Below, piece by piece: positions 38,235-38,698 of a stretch of DNA of 38,698 bases. The notes beneath the pieces were generated by a model, which did not search any database, was not told the DNA's origin, and saw only the letters and a list, made by a program, of their open reading frames with translations. The stretch is from Nitrospinota bacterium (lineage in GTDB: Bacteria; Nitrospinota; Nitrospinia; UBA9942). The position numbers and the translations under genes are program-made. The stretch is from assembly GCA_016234205.1 (NCBI GenBank), contig JACRGN010000234.1:1-38698 (forward strand). The letters are read 5' to 3'. Each line of letters begins with the position of its first letter. Position 1 is the stretch's first letter.

Positions 38235-38698
38235 ATGAAAAAGGTTTTTATTATAATAAACATCATTTTATCATCCCTGATTCTTTTTGAGGGATGGCAG
38301 TTTTTTAGAGTATGGTCAGCTGAATCAGCCCTCTCTTTTATAAAGATGGGGACTACCGGCTTAAATAAGCCATCCACTGTTACACCTGTTACAAGGAGGG
38401 CAATAGGCAAGATTGAAAAAAAAGAGAATATTCCACGGGAGGGGATGGTATTATCGGGGGTGACCTTTGAAGGAGAAGGGGATAAATTATTGCCCTTAAG
38501 GGAATCCTTTGCAGGGGCTATTGAAAAAAACCTTTTTCACCCACAGAGGAGAGAGGGGGCTGAGGAGATAAAGATTGAATCCCCATCATCTTCTCTATCA
38601 AAACCGAAACCAAAACCGATTATTATGGAGGGGCTCGTTATCATCGGAAATTATAAAGCTGCTGTTATTAAAGATACTGCACCCCAGGTCAAGGGTGG
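38235..38698 (+). CDS. GspC-like T2SS protein, partial at the window edge
   Basis: Not in the ORF track; hand translation MKKVFIIINIILSSLILFEGWQFF...IEKNLFHPQRRE...KPKPKPIIMEGLVIIGNYKAAVIKD; open to the end; follows gspM. Confidence 0.65.
   Translation, partial: MKKVFIIINIILSSLILFEGWQFFRVWSAESALSFIKMGTTGLNKPSTVTPVTRRAIGKIEKKENIPREGMVLSGVTFEGEGDKLLPLRESFAGAIEKNLFHPQRREGAEEIKIESPSSSLSKPKPKPIIMEGLVIIGNYKAAVIKDTAPQVKG

Overview
AT-rich bacterial window with three linked blocks; no rRNA, tRNA, CRISPR or transposase is visible. (1) 1-9504, minus strand: HD-GYP response regulator, Cache/HAMP/PAS histidine kinase and a chemosensory cluster (CheR-TPR, two CheW, an MCP with a periplasmic CxxCH, a CheA with two Hpt domains, cut by the window edge). 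(2) 9751-31268, plus strand: a CxxCH sensor kinase and a sigma54 activator, then three c7-type triheme cytochromes and two hexaheme cytochromes whose motif order matches the Geobacter nanowire cytochrome OmcS. These are accompanied by two NHL beta-propellers, a CsgG/GNA1162-like plus Ig-like protein, and a run of exported proteins that look like pseudo-enzymes (rhodanese, FGE-sulfatase and SNase folds, a methyltransferase, WD40). Three clear sigma54 promoters lie in this block. (3) 31277-end: a type II secretion operon (gspF-G-H-I-J-K-L-M and a gspC-like gene). The best candidate new system is a heme-sensor/sigma54-controlled OmcS-type nanowire locus physically joined to its own T2SS. Independently, many gene junctions carry inverted tandem-repeat hairpins. 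Several are translated in frame, and one heptamer family appears to supply the signal peptides of exported proteins. All family assignments are by eye, from motifs and recalled reference sequences; no database search was run.
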